From contig DASXPJ010000055.1 of NCBI GenBank assembly GCA_036493675.1, positions 5,010 to 69,009 on the forward strand: a stretch of DNA of 64,000 bases, written 5' to 3'. The position numbers were made by a program, and so were the translations under genes. Of this stretch, positions 54,709-64,000 are shown in pieces; positions within the stretch are counted from its first letter, which is position 1, and each line of letters starts with the position of its first letter. The notes below the pieces were generated by a model. It was given only the letters and a program-made list of their open reading frames with translations, did not search any database and had not been told where the DNA came from. The stretch is from Casimicrobiaceae bacterium (lineage in GTDB: Bacteria > Pseudomonadota > Gammaproteobacteria > Burkholderiales > Casimicrobiaceae).

Positions 54709-55310
54709 AGCGGGTGCAAGCCTTCGGCCATCAGCATGTCGGTCAGCCGGATCAACGGCAGGCCGATCAGCGCCGTGGGATCGTCGCTGGCGATGCGCGT
54801 GAAAAGGGCAATGCCGAGCGCTTCGACCTTCACCGAGCCGGCGCAATCGTAGGGTTGCTCGCGCGCGAGATAGGCTTCGAGCGCGGTATCGTCGAGCTGA
54901 CGGAACGTGCTGGCCACGTCGACCAGCGCCCGCCGACACCGGCCGCTGCGCGCATCGAGCAGGGCCAGGCCCGTGTGGAAAACGATCGTCCGCCCGCGCA
55001 TCGCCCGGAGCTGAGCCAGCGCATCCGCCGGATCGCGCGGCTTGCCGATCGCTGTGCCTTCGAAGTCGGCGACCTGATCCGATCCCACGATCAGCGCATC
55101 GGGGTGCGTCGACGCGGCTGCGCGCGCTTTTTCTTCCGCCAGACGGACGGCCGTATCGGCGGGCGCCTCGGCGGGCCGAGGCGCTTCGTCGACTGCCGGC
55201 ACCGCGATCGAGAACGGCAACCCGAGCCTCGCCAGCAAGTCTTTGCGATACGGCGAGGCCGAGGCAAGGACCAGCGCCCGCGCCGTGCGCTGCGAAGTTG
55301 TTGTTTTCAT
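54705..55310 (-). CDS. maf: Maf-like nucleoside triphosphate pyrophosphatase (YceF-type)
   Basis: LVLASASPYRKDLLARLGLPF ... GSDQV ... GKP ... YDCAGSVKVE. Divergent from yceD-rpmF-plsX as in E. coli. Start at ATG 55310 or GTG 55325. Confidence 0.85.
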   Translation of the reverse strand: MKTTTSQRTARALVLASASPYRKDLLARLGLPFSIAVPAVDEAPRPAEAPADTAVRLAEEKARAAASTHPDALIVGSDQVADFEGTAIGKPRDPADALAQLRAMRGRTIVFHTGLALLDARSGRCRRALVDVASTFRQLDDTALEAYLAREQPYDCAGSVKVEALGIALFTRIASDDPTALIGLPLIRLTDMLMAEGLHPL

Positions 55311-55448
55311 GGTTTTCTTTGACACTCGACGGCAAGACGGCTATTATGCAACGTTTGTCTGCCTGTCGCGGCCGGGCCTGCCACCCCGTCGCCATTCTTG
55401 GTCATGAGTCGATGGACTGGGCGTTTCCTTGGACCGGAGGCCAATCAG

Positions 55449-55973
55449 ATGTCGACTCGAACGAAGGACGACCGCGCGCATGGCCGCTTCGATGCCTTCG
55501 AGCTGTCCGCCGAAGGCGCGGAACTGGCCGGCGAAATGGACGCGCGCGATCTGTCCCGCGTATCCGACCAATTGGCGGAGGGCTCCGATGCCGTGCCGGT
55601 CGCGTGGCGAATCAGCGGTGGCCGTGACGGGCTTGGACGGCCATCGTTGACGGTGGGGATCGACGGCACGGTGCCGCTTGTCTGCCAGCGCTGCCTCCAG
55701 CCCTTTGGGGCGCGGGTGACGCAGCAGACGGACCTGCTGCTGGCGCGCGACGAAGCCGAATTGGCGCGACTCGACGCCGACGAAACCGAAGTCGTGCTGG
55801 CGAAGGCGGCGCTCGATCCGCGGAGCCTGGTCGAGGACGAATTGCTGTTGTCGTTGCCTCTCTCGCCGAGGCACGGCGAGGACGAGTGCCCGGCGGCGGG
55901 TCGCCCGATGAAGGACGACGCCCGGTCGCCATTCGCCGGACTGGCGAGGCTCAAGGCGCGCAATCCGGATTGA
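55449..55973 (+). CDS. yceD: YceD (DUF177) family protein
   Basis: CQRCLQPF motif, ~174 aa from ATG 55449, located directly upstream of rpmF. Start uncertain (TTG 55398 and ATG 55404 are also possible). Confidence 0.8.
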   Translation: MSTRTKDDRAHGRFDAFELSAEGAELAGEMDARDLSRVSDQLAEGSDAVPVAWRISGGRDGLGRPSLTVGIDGTVPLVCQRCLQPFGARVTQQTDLLLARDEAELARLDADETEVVLAKAALDPRSLVEDELLLSLPLSPRHGEDECPAAGRPMKDDARSPFAGLARLKARNPD

Positions 55974-56055
55974 GGTCCATAGCGGGCGGTTGGCCTGCAG
56001 TTTTCAGGGACGCGGGAACCGCGGTCCCGTGTCGATCGTATTTTGAGGAGTCACA

Positions 56056-56238
56056 ATGGCTGTCCAGCAGAACAAGAAGTCGGCGTCCAAGCGCGGCATG
56101 CACCGCGCCCACGATTTTCTGCCCAATCCACCGCTCGCGGTCGAACCGGTGAGCGGCGAGGTTCACCTTCGCCATCACATCAGCCCGAGCGGCTACTATC
56201 GCGGCAAGAAAGTGGTCAAGACCAAAGCCGACGAGTAA
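56056..56238 (+). CDS. rpmF: 50S ribosomal protein L32
   Basis: [20 protein letters not shown]. Confidence 0.95.
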   Translation: MAVQQNKKSASKRGMHRAHDFLPNPPLAVEPVSGEVHLRHHISPSGYYRGKKVVKTKADE

Positions 56239-56334
56239 CCGGGTCGTAGCCAACTCGCCAGGGTCCGGCACCCCCATGAGCGGCAGCACGACCCGGGCCA
56301 ACCGGCGCCGAATAAGGGCGACCGGCGGTCGGCG

Positions 56335-57438
56335 ATGAAACGCGCGACACATCCGCGCGAGTCCGACGGCGCCGACACGGCGTCCGGGGCGGTCACCGTC
56401 GCCATCGATACGATGGGCGGCGACCACGGACCGCCGGTCACGGTCGCCGCTGCACTCGCCTTTCTGGCGGAGACGCCACGAGCGAAGGTGATTCTGGTGG
56501 GACGCGAGGCCGAGGTGCGGCAGGCGCTGGGAGGGATCCGCACGAGGGCAGCAGACCGGGTCACCGTGCGGGCGGCAACCGAAGTCGTCGAAATGAATGA
56601 GCCGCCGGCCGACGCCCTGCGCCGAAAAAAGGACTCGTCGATGCGCGTGGCGGTCAACCTGGTCAAGGATGGCGTCGCGCAGGCCTGCGTCTCTGCCGGC
56701 AACACCGGCGCGCTGATGGCGATCTCGCGTTTTGTGCTCAAGACCTTGCCCGGCATCGACCGTCCCGCCATCGCATCCCAGCTTCCGACGCGCACCGGTG
56801 TCACCACCGCGCTCGATCTCGGCGCCAACGTCAACTGCACGGCCGAGCAGCTCGTGCAATTCGCGGTCATGGGCAGCGCGCTGGTCGCCGCCGTCGACGG
56901 CATCGAGCGTCCGACCGTCGGCCTGCTCAACATCGGCGAAGAGGACATCAAGGGCAACGACGTGGTCAAGCAGGCTGCCGAGCTCTTGAGGGCCTCGGAC
57001 CTCAACTACTACGGCAATGTCGAAGGCAACGACATCTACAAGGGAACGGTCGATGTCATCGTGTGCGACGGCTTTGTCGGGAACGTCGCACTGAAAACCT
57101 CGGAAGGCCTGGCGCTGATGCTTTCGGACTTCCTGCGCGAGGAATTCACGCGCAACCCGCTGCGCAAGATGTTGGCCGTGGGCGCGCTGCCGGTGATCAG
57201 GGCATTCAAGCGACGCGTGGACCCGCGACGTTACAACGGCGCGACGCTGATCGGCCTTCGCGGCATCGTCGTCAAGAGCCACGGCTCGGCCGACATACTC
57301 GCCTTCAAGCATGCGCTTCGCCAGGCGTACGCCGAGGCCGCGCAAGGCGTGCTCGAGCGCATCGCGCAGAGGCTCAGCGCGATGCCGGTTCCGGCCCATG
57401 TCGCGGGCGGCAACGGCGGATCGATCGTCGATGCATAG
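56335..57438 (+). CDS. plsX: phosphate acyltransferase PlsX
   Basis: [12 protein letters not shown] ... [11 protein letters not shown] ... [13 protein letters not shown]. Confidence 0.9.
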   Translation: MKRATHPRESDGADTASGAVTVAIDTMGGDHGPPVTVAAALAFLAETPRAKVILVGREAEVRQALGGIRTRAADRVTVRAATEVVEMNEPPADALRRKKDSSMRVAVNLVKDGVAQACVSAGNTGALMAISRFVLKTLPGIDRPAIASQLPTRTGVTTALDLGANVNCTAEQLVQFAVMGSALVAAVDGIERPTVGLLNIGEEDIKGNDVVKQAAELLRASDLNYYGNVEGNDIYKGTVDVIVCDGFVGNVALKTSEGLALMLSDFLREEFTRNPLRKMLAVGALPVIRAFKRRVDPRRYNGATLIGLRGIVVKSHGSADILAFKHALRQAYAEAAQGVLERIAQRLSAMPVPAHVAGGNGGSIVDA

Positions 57439-58390
57439 TCGGATCGCCGGGACCGGCGGCTATCTGCCGGCGGAGCTGCTGACCAACGCCGATCTCGCGC
57501 GGCGAATCGACACCGACGACGAATGGGTGCGCAGCCGCACGGGCATTCGCGAGCGGCACATCGCCGCGACCGACGAACAGACGAGCGATCTGGCTCTCGC
57601 CGCGGCGCAGCGTGCGATGGACGCGGCAAAACTCGCGCCCGGCGACATCGATATGATCATCGTCGCGACGACGACGCCGGACATGGTATTCCCGTCGACG
57701 GCTTGCATATTGCAGCACAAGCTGGGAGTGAAAAACGGTCCGGCCTTCGACGTGCAGGCCGTCTGCAGCGGCTTCGTCTATGCGCTGGCGATCGCCGATC
57801 GCATGGTGGCGAGCGGTGCGGCGCAGAACGCGCTGGTCGTGGGCGCCGAAATCTACTCGCGCATTCTCGACTGGAGCGACCGCGGCACCTGCGTCTTGTT
57901 CGGCGATGGCGCCGGTGCCGTCGTGCTGATGCCGTCGGAGCGGCCGGGCATCCTGTCGGCGCACCTGCACGCCGACGGCAGCTATCGCGACATCCTGTCG
58001 GTGCCCGGTACGGTCGCCAACGGGGCCGTCAGCGGCAGGCCGTTGCTCAAGATGGATGGGCATACGGTCTTCAAGTTCGCGGTGAAAGTGCTGGCCGAGA
58101 CCGCCCACGAAGCGCTGGCGGCAACCGGGATGCCCGCCACCGCGGTGGATTGGGTGATTCCGCACCAGGCCAATATCCGTATCATGGAAGCGACGATGAA
58201 AAAACTCGGCCTGCCCCTCGAGCGCATGATCTCGACCGTCGGCGAGCACGCCAATACGTCGGCGGCCTCGATTCCACTGGCGCTCGACGTGGCCGTGCGC
58301 GACGGGCGCATCCGCCCCGGTCAGCACGTCATGCTGCTCGGCGTCGGCGGCGGCTTTACCTGGGGCTCGATTCTGTTGCGATGGCTCTGA
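57431..58390 (+). CDS. fabH: 3-oxoacyl-ACP synthase III
   Basis: [13 protein letters not shown] ... active-site Cys in [15 protein letters not shown] ... HQANIRI ... [12 protein letters not shown] 57431 overlaps the plsX end. Confidence 0.9.
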   Translation: MHSRIAGTGGYLPAELLTNADLARRIDTDDEWVRSRTGIRERHIAATDEQTSDLALAAAQRAMDAAKLAPGDIDMIIVATTTPDMVFPSTACILQHKLGVKNGPAFDVQAVCSGFVYALAIADRMVASGAAQNALVVGAEIYSRILDWSDRGTCVLFGDGAGAVVLMPSERPGILSAHLHADGSYRDILSVPGTVANGAVSGRPLLKMDGHTVFKFAVKVLAETAHEALAATGMPATAVDWVIPHQANIRIMEATMKKLGLPLERMISTVGEHANTSAASIPLALDVAVRDGRIRPGQHVMLLGVGGGFTWGSILLRWL

Positions 58391-58433
58391 TGCGCAGCCA
58401 CTTTCTTCTGCAGGCATCACCACCGGCCCGACG

Positions 58434-59369
58434 ATGAAATTCGCAATGGTCTTTCCCGGACAGGGATCGCAGTCGGTCGGAATGATGGCCGGCTACGAAG
58501 CCCATCCTGCCGTGCGGCGGACGTTCGTCGAAGCGGGTGAGGCACTCGGGCAAGATCTGTGGACGTTGGCCATCGACGGGCCACCGGAGGAGATCAACCG
58601 CACAGTGAATACGCAGCCGCTGATGTTGACGGCAGACATCGCGGTGTATCGGGCGTGGCGGGACGCGGGGGGGCCCGAGCCGGCGCTTGCTGCCGGACAC
58701 AGCCTCGGCGAATACGCGGCGTTGGTGGCATCCGGAGCGCTCACCTTCGGCGATGCGCTGCCGCTGGTGCGATTCCGCGCGCAGGCAATGCAGGAAGCGG
58801 TGCCTGCCGGTACCGGCGCGATGGCCGCCGTCATGGGTCTGGACGACCAGGCGCTGGCCGCTGTCTGCGCCGAGGCAGCGCAAGGCCAAGTCGTCGAGCC
58901 GGTGAATTTCAACGCCCCGGCGCAGATCGTCATCGCAGGAAACCGGGAAGCGGTCGAGCGCGCGATTGCGCTCGCCAAGACCCGAGGCGCCAAGCGCGGT
59001 CTGCTGCTTCCGGTCAGCGCGCCATTCCACAGCTCGCTGCTGAAGCCGGCCGCCGAGCGCCTGGCGGTGTATCTGGCCGGGGTCGGCATGCGCGCGCCGT
59101 CGTTATCGATCCTGCATAACGTCGATGTCGAGCGCGCCGGCGCGCCTGCTGCAATCCGCGATGCGCTGGCGCGCCAGGCGGCAAGCCCCGTGCGCTGGGC
59201 CGATACGATGCGCGCCTTCGCCTCCGGCGGTGTCACTCACATCGTCGAATGCGGACCCGGAACCGTGCTGGCGGGACTGGCCCGCCGCACGGTTCCCGAG
59301 CTCGCCGTGCATTCCAGCAACGACGGCGACGCGCTCGCGGCGGCGCTGGCCGCGATTACCCTGGGATAG
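58434..59369 (+). CDS. fabD: malonyl CoA-ACP transacylase
   Basis: FPGQGSQSVGM ... GHSLGEYAAL. Confidence 0.9.
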   Translation: MKFAMVFPGQGSQSVGMMAGYEAHPAVRRTFVEAGEALGQDLWTLAIDGPPEEINRTVNTQPLMLTADIAVYRAWRDAGGPEPALAAGHSLGEYAALVASGALTFGDALPLVRFRAQAMQEAVPAGTGAMAAVMGLDDQALAAVCAEAAQGQVVEPVNFNAPAQIVIAGNREAVERAIALAKTRGAKRGLLLPVSAPFHSSLLKPAAERLAVYLAGVGMRAPSLSILHNVDVERAGAPAAIRDALARQAASPVRWADTMRAFASGGVTHIVECGPGTVLAGLARRTVPELAVHSSNDGDALAAALAAITLG

Positions 59370-59373
59370 GCCG

Positions 59374-60117
59374 ATGGCGCTCGGAGACAGCGTAGCCCTG
59401 GTGACCGGCGCAAGCCGAGGGATCGGCAAGGCGATCGCGCAATCGCTGGCACGGGACGGTGCGACGGTGATCGGCACGGCGACGACCGACGGCGGCGCCG
59501 CGGCGATCGATGCCTACCTGGCCGAGGCGGGCAACAAGGGCGCCGGCATGCGGCTCGACGTCAACGATGCGACCGGACCCGAAGCGACGATCAATGCTGT
59601 TCACCAGCGCTACGGCGATGTTTCGATACTTGTGAATAATGCCGGCATCACGCGCGACAATCTGCTGGTACGCATGAAGGATGATGATTGGGACGCGATC
59701 GTCGACACCAACCTCAAGTCGGTTTATCGGATGTCGAAGGCCGTGCTGCGCGGCATGATGAAAGCGCGCTACGGACGCATCATCAACATCGGCTCGGTCG
59801 TCGGTGTCAGCGGCAACGCGGGCCAGACCAATTACGCGGCGACGAAGGCGGCGCTGATCGGGTTCACAAAATCGCTGGCGCAGGAGGTCGGCGGCCGTAA
59901 CATCACGGTCAATTGCGTTGCGCCGGGGTTCATCGACACCGACATGACACGCGCGCTGGGCGACGCGCAGCGCGAAAAGCTCGTCGAGCGCATCCCGCTG
60001 GGGCGGCTCGGGCTGCCCGAGGACGTTGCACATGCGGTGGCGTTCCTCGCCTCGCCTGCTGCGGGATATATCACCGGCGCCACGCTGCACGTCAATGGCG
60101 GGATGTATATGCAATAG
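59374..60117 (+). CDS. fabG: 3-oxoacyl-ACP reductase
   Basis: [24 protein letters not shown] (YxxxK). Start at ATG 59374. Confidence 0.9.
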   Translation: MALGDSVALVTGASRGIGKAIAQSLARDGATVIGTATTDGGAAAIDAYLAEAGNKGAGMRLDVNDATGPEATINAVHQRYGDVSILVNNAGITRDNLLVRMKDDDWDAIVDTNLKSVYRMSKAVLRGMMKARYGRIINIGSVVGVSGNAGQTNYAATKAALIGFTKSLAQEVGGRNITVNCVAPGFIDTDMTRALGDAQREKLVERIPLGRLGLPEDVAHAVAFLASPAAGYITGATLHVNGGMYMQ

Positions 60118-60178
60118 GCTTTGTTCTGGTAAAATTCGCAGGTTATGCAAGTTCAGATCCCGTCAGGGGAGGAGAGGC

Positions 60179-60418
60179 ATGGAAAACGTAGAGCAGCGAG
60201 TCAAGAAGATCGTCGCAGAACAACTCGGCGTCAACGAAGCGGAGATCAAGAATGAATCGTCGTTCGTCGACGACCTCGGGGCGGACTCGCTGGATACGGT
60301 CGAGCTGGTGATGGCGCTGGAGGAAGAGTTCGAGACCGAGATTCCCGACGAGGATGCCGAAAAAATCACCACGGTGCAGCAGGCGATCGATTACGTCGGC
60401 GCGCATCTGAAGAAGTAG
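60179..60418 (+). CDS. acpP: acyl carrier protein
   Basis: [20 protein letters not shown] with the phosphopantetheine Ser. GGAGAGG lies upstream of ATG 60179. Confidence 0.95.
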   Translation: MENVEQRVKKIVAEQLGVNEAEIKNESSFVDDLGADSLDTVELVMALEEEFETEIPDEDAEKITTVQQAIDYVGAHLKK

Positions 60419-60533
60419 CATTTCCCGCACCGGGCGGCCGAGAGCGGCATCCAGTCGTGCTCCGGCGGCCCGGCAGTCGTCCCGCGCGAGCGGAACGCGA
60501 CCGCACGGCGGTCCGCCCATTCACGAGCAGCTC

Positions 60534-61772
60534 ATGTCCAGACGCCGCGTCGTAGTTACCGGAATCGGCATCGTGTCGCCGGTCGGCACCGGTGTCGCAT
60601 CCGCGTGGGAGAACATACTCGCGGGCCGGTCGGGCATCGTCTCGATCACGCGGTTCGACGCAAGCCCTTTTCCATCGCGTATCGCCGGCGAGGTGAAGGA
60701 CTTCGACGTCACCAGGTATCTCTCCGGCAAGGACGCGCGTCGCTACGATCGTTTCGTGCACTACGGGCAGGTTGCCACGATGGAGGCGATCAGCGACGCG
60801 GGGCTCGATGGCTACGACCGCAATCTCGAGCGTATCGGGGTCTGCATCGGCTCGGGCATCGGCGGGCTGCCAATGATCGAGGACACCCATAGCGCTTACC
60901 TGCAGGGCGGCTTCCGCAAGATATCTCCCTTCTTCGTGCCCGGGTCGATCATCAACATGATTTCCGGGCTCGTCTCGATACAGTACGGGTATCAGGGACC
61001 GAATCTGGCCACGGTCAGCGCCTGCTCGTCGGCGAATCATAGCCTGGGTGAAGCGGCGCGCTTGATCGAGTACGGCGACGCGGACGTGATGGTAGCTGGC
61101 GGTGCCGAAGGAACGGTCAGCGCCATGGGCATCGGCGGCTTTTGCGCGGCGCGGGCCTTATCGCAGCGCAACGACGATCCCGCTACCGCGAGCCGGCCGT
61201 GGGACGTCGATCGCGATGGCTTCGTTCTGGGCGAAGGCGCCGGCGTTCTGGTGCTCGAAGAGTTCGAGCATGCGAAAGCGCGCGGCGCCAGAATTTATTG
61301 CGAACTGGCGGGCTACGGCATGTCTGCCGATGCGCACCATATTACGGCGCCGTCCGAGGACGGCAGCGGCGCCTCGCGCAGCATGGTCAACGCGCTCGGG
61401 AACGCGAAACTGAACGTCGGCGATATCGACTATATCAACGCCCACGGCACGTCGACGCAGCTCGGCGACGTGGCCGAATGCATTGCGGTGAAGCATTGCT
61501 TCGGTGAGCACGCTGCGCGTCTGGCAATATCGTCGACCAAATCGATGACCGGACACCTGCTCGGGGCGGCCGGCGGTGTCGAAGCGGTGTTTACCGTGCT
61601 TGCGCTGCGCGATCAGGTCGCTCCGCCGACGGCGAATCTTTTTCACCGCGACCCGCGCTGCGATCTTGATTTCGTTCCGAACGAGGCCCGGAAGATGAAG
61701 ATCCGAGCCGCGCTTTCGAATTCCTTCGGATTCGGCGGCACGAACGCGACGCTCGCTTTCCGGCTCCTGTGA
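60534..61772 (+). CDS. fabF: 3-oxoacyl-ACP synthase II
   Basis: RRVVVTGIG ... active-site Cys in ACSSANH ... HGTST ... GHLLGAAG. Confidence 0.9.
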   Translation: MSRRRVVVTGIGIVSPVGTGVASAWENILAGRSGIVSITRFDASPFPSRIAGEVKDFDVTRYLSGKDARRYDRFVHYGQVATMEAISDAGLDGYDRNLERIGVCIGSGIGGLPMIEDTHSAYLQGGFRKISPFFVPGSIINMISGLVSIQYGYQGPNLATVSACSSANHSLGEAARLIEYGDADVMVAGGAEGTVSAMGIGGFCAARALSQRNDDPATASRPWDVDRDGFVLGEGAGVLVLEEFEHAKARGARIYCELAGYGMSADAHHITAPSEDGSGASRSMVNALGNAKLNVGDIDYINAHGTSTQLGDVAECIAVKHCFGEHAARLAISSTKSMTGHLLGAAGGVEAVFTVLALRDQVAPPTANLFHRDPRCDLDFVPNEARKMKIRAALSNSFGFGGTNATLAFRLL

Positions 61773-61824
61773 GCGGCGGACGCGTACACCGCGGGTGTCG
61801 CAGATCCATGGCTCGTCGAGCGAT

Positions 61825-63081
61825 ATGGCGCTGATCGTACAGAAGTACGGTGGCACGTCCGTTGGCAACGTCGAGCGGATTCGCAATGTCGCCAGGCGGG
61901 TCGCGCATTTCCATCGCGCGGGGCACCGGTTGGTGATCGTACCGTCGGCCATGAGCGGAGAAACCAACCGTCTGCTCGCGCTGGCGCGCGAGCTCGCGCC
62001 GAATCCCGACCCGCGGGAGCTGGACGTCGTCGCCGCGACCGGCGAGCAGGTGACGATCGGTCTGTTGGCGATCGCCTTGCACCAGCTTGGGCTGAAAGCC
62101 AAGAGCTACACCGGCGCCCAGGTACGCGTGCTGACCGACAGCGCGTTCACCAAGGCCCGCATCCTGAAAATCGATGAAGAGCGGATACGGCGCGACCTCG
62201 CCGAAGACACGGTGGTGATCGTCGCCGGGTTCCAGGGCGTGGACGGCGATGGCAACATCACGACGCTGGGTCGTGGCGGCTCCGACACCTCGGGCGTGGC
62301 GCTGGCGGCGGCGCTGGCCGCCGACGAATGCCAGATCTATACCGACGTCGATGGCGTGTACACGACTGATCCGCGCATCGTGCCCGAGGCGCGCCGGCTC
62401 GATCGCGTGACGTTCGAAGAGATGCTCGAAATGGCGAGTCTCGGCTCGAAGGTTTTGCAGCTTCGATCGGTCGAATTCGCCGGGAAGTACAAGGTCAAGC
62501 TGCGGGTGCTGTCCTCGTTCGAGGAGCCCGACAGCGATTCGTCAGGGACGCTGATCACGTTTGAGGAAGACGACACTATGGAGCAGGCCATCATTTCCGG
62601 CATCGCATTCAACCGAGACGAGGCCAAGATCTCATTGATGGGAGTCGAGGACCGGCCCGGCATCGCTTACGCGATCCTCGGACCGATCGCGGCGGCCAAC
62701 GTCGACGTCGACATGATCGTGCAGAACATTGGCGCCTCCGGGCACACGGACTTCTCGTTCACCGTCAATCGCGGCGAATATCAGAAGGCGCTCGACGTGC
62801 TGACGCGCGAGAAGGGAAGCTCGTTCACGGTGCGCGAAATCATCGGCGACAATCGTATTTGCAAGGTATCGCTGGTAGGCATCGGCATGCGGTCGCACGT
62901 CGGAATCGCGGCGAAGATGTTCAAGACGCTGGCCGACGAGCAGATCAACATCCAGATGATCTCGACCTCGGAGATCAAGACCTCGGTGGTCATCGACGAG
63001 AAATACCTCGAGTTGGCGGTGCGGGTGCTGCACCGGGCTTTCGAGTTGGACCAGCCGCCTGCGTTGGCCGAAGCCCGATAA
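61825..63081 (+). CDS. lysC: aspartate kinase (monofunctional class, two C-terminal ACT domains)
   Basis: MALIVQKYGGTSVG ... GRGGSDTS ... and ACT repeats. Start at ATG 61825. Confidence 0.9.
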   Translation: MALIVQKYGGTSVGNVERIRNVARRVAHFHRAGHRLVIVPSAMSGETNRLLALARELAPNPDPRELDVVAATGEQVTIGLLAIALHQLGLKAKSYTGAQVRVLTDSAFTKARILKIDEERIRRDLAEDTVVIVAGFQGVDGDGNITTLGRGGSDTSGVALAAALAADECQIYTDVDGVYTTDPRIVPEARRLDRVTFEEMLEMASLGSKVLQLRSVEFAGKYKVKLRVLSSFEEPDSDSSGTLITFEEDDTMEQAIISGIAFNRDEAKISLMGVEDRPGIAYAILGPIAAANVDVDMIVQNIGASGHTDFSFTVNRGEYQKALDVLTREKGSSFTVREIIGDNRICKVSLVGIGMRSHVGIAAKMFKTLADEQINIQMISTSEIKTSVVIDEKYLELAVRVLHRAFELDQPPALAEAR

Positions 63082-63106
63082 CCCACGGATTCGGCAGTAG
63101 AATTGT

Positions 63107-63136
63107 TTGACCCTGCGCGCGAGGCACGGGTAAAAT
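63107..63136 (+). promoter_or_regulatory. sigma70-type promoter for tRNA-Ser (TTGACC-N18-TAAAAT)
   Basis: Hexamers read directly from the sequence. The -10 element ends 12 nt before the tRNA 5' end. Confidence 0.45.
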
Positions 63137-63148
63137 CAAAAGTTACCC

Positions 63149-63242
63149 GGAGAGATGGCCGAGTGGTCGAAGGCACTCCCCTGCTAAGGGAGCATATGGG
63201 CCAAAACCTGTATCGAGGGTTCGAATCCCTCTCTCTCCGCCA
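63149..63242 (+). tRNA. tRNA-Ser (anticodon GCU), CCA encoded
   Basis: Hand-folded: acceptor GGAGAGA/TCTCTCC, anticodon arm CTCCC-CTGCTAA-GGGAG, long variable arm, T arm GAGGG-TTCGAAT-CCCTC, discriminator G, CCA. Confidence 0.9.
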
Positions 63243-64000
63243 GAATAGTTCTTTCCCCTGAAGCACTTAGCTCGGCCACATGCGTTTCTGTGGCCCGAGT
63301 GTGGCCCCAAACCGCATTTAGCTTGTCGCGTTCGCGCGATTTATCCGCACCGTCGATCCATCTCGCGTAGACCTTGAACAGCATTTGCGGGTTGACGTGG
63401 CCCATCTGCCGCGCGACCCACGACGGATTCGCCCCGGCCATCAGCGCGAGCGTGGCGAACGTATGGCGGGTCTGGTAGGTCTCGCGATAGCGAAGGCCAA
63501 GGCGACGCAAGGAACGGCCCCAGAATTGATGCTGGCGCTTCTCGTCCGGCCACGCTTTGCCGGTCACCGGGTTGGCAAAGATCGCGCCGCCGGCGAGTTG
63601 TGTGTGCCGGCGCTGCGCCTCGAATGCGGCCCATGCTCGCTCGTTGAGCTCGACGTCGCGCACCAAGTAGGTTTTGGTGGTCGGCTTCGCCACGCCGCGC
63701 ACGATCGCGCGCTGCACGCGCACCTCCTCGCGCAGGAAATCCACATCGGGCCAGGTGAGCGCGATCTGTTCTGACGGCCGGAAGCCGCCAAAGAACGCCG
63801 CGGCGAAATAGTTGGCCACCTGGTCGGGCTCGCGATCGGCCATATCGGCCAGGATCGCGTCGACCTCCTCGAGCGAAAACGGATCGGGCGGCCGCTTCTG
63901 CACTGGCGCATTCTCGATCGAGGCGGCTGGATTCTCGGCGATCGCGCGATCGCGCTTGGCGAACTCGAGCACGCCACGCAGCGGGATAAGGTTGTTGTTG
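63184..64000 (-). CDS. tyrosine-type site-specific recombinase (phage-type integrase); N-terminus lies outside the window
   Basis: Catalytic-domain pattern: RPSE ... TYQTRHTFATLALMAG ... QMGHVNPQMLFKVYARW (R...HxxR...H...Y). The frame is still open at position 64000. The stop lies inside the tRNA-Ser on the opposite strand. Confidence 0.85.
   Translation of the reverse strand, partial: NNNLIPLRGVLEFAKRDRAIAENPAASIENAPVQKRPPDPFSLEEVDAILADMADREPDQVANYFAAAFFGGFRPSEQIALTWPDVDFLREEVRVQRAIVRGVAKPTTKTYLVRDVELNERAWAAFEAQRRHTQLAGGAIFANPVTGKAWPDEKRQHQFWGRSLRRLGLRYRETYQTRHTFATLALMAGANPSWVARQMGHVNPQMLFKVYARWIDGADKSRERDKLNAVWGHTRATETHVAELSASGERTILAEREGFEPSIQVLAHMLP
63243..64000. mobile_element. probable left edge of an integrative element (genomic island or prophage) inserted at tRNA-Ser
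   Basis: An integrase immediately 3' of a tRNA gene and facing it is the classic island junction. The rest of the element is outside the window. Confidence 0.5.

Noticed and set aside
54709-55395. Upstream extension of the methyltransferase ORF (471 aa in total)
   Set aside because: It overlaps maf out of frame. A GTG overlapping the maf stop gives a normal 242-aa methyltransferase.
56239-56296. 9-bp inverted repeat CCGGGTCGT ... ACGACCCGG after rpmF
   Set aside because: The 40-nt loop and absence of a U-tract make it weak evidence for a terminator or regulatory element. It may simply be an attenuating structure between rpmF and plsX.
55951-57399. 482-aa ORF on the minus strand
   Set aside because: Antisense to rpmF and plsX, which have unambiguous protein signatures. 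The translated sequence has no recognisable domain.

Overview
Dense, high-GC chromosomal segment (by eye about two-thirds G+C, not computed). Gene content and order look like a Betaproteobacteria/Burkholderiales-type core chromosome. I can support about 60 protein genes, one tRNA-Ser(GCU), one SRP (4.5S) RNA and a few regulatory or terminator elements. Main blocks, left to right:
- cbpM-like fragment and LMW-PTP; rne divergent from rluC-HAD-Rieske-sppA
- a roughly 1 kb low-GC islet carrying an orphan AHL-type LuxR, next to DUF192, a Bcr/CflA MFS pump and a CysB-like LysR
- yciO, an M50 protease, trpS-scpA-scpB-rluB
- enoyl-CoA hydratase and a DUF482 protein
- nadE-glnB-mscL
- a Liv-type ABC transporter with a fused permease/ATPase gene
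- tldD, waaF, a zinc-finger protein, ilvE
- glnE divergent from a yhdP-family gene and a nitrilase-family gene
- smr, trxB divergent from ftsK-lolA-rarA-serS, then mltF
- ffs-dnaX-ybaB-recR
- a TRAP transporter whose small permease carries an N-terminal TM2-like extension
- CBS protein, methyltransferase and maf, divergent from yceD-rpmF-plsX-fabH-fabD-fabG-acpP-fabF
- lysC, then tRNA-Ser followed by a tyrosine integrase that runs off the right edge (start of an integrative element)

I see no CRISPR array, IS element, rRNA or recognisable defence or toxin-antitoxin system. I do not see a convincing new multi-gene system; most of the window is ordinary housekeeping DNA. The most unusual items are the LuxR solo islet with a perfect palindrome upstream, the TM2::DctQ fusion in the TRAP operon, and the tRNA-Ser/integrase junction. 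The many long ORFs overlapping real genes in other frames look like high-GC shadow ORFs, and I rejected them. The ORF track translates alternative start codons (TTG/GTG) as M, so several starts were moved to internal ATG or GTG codons that I checked in the sequence.
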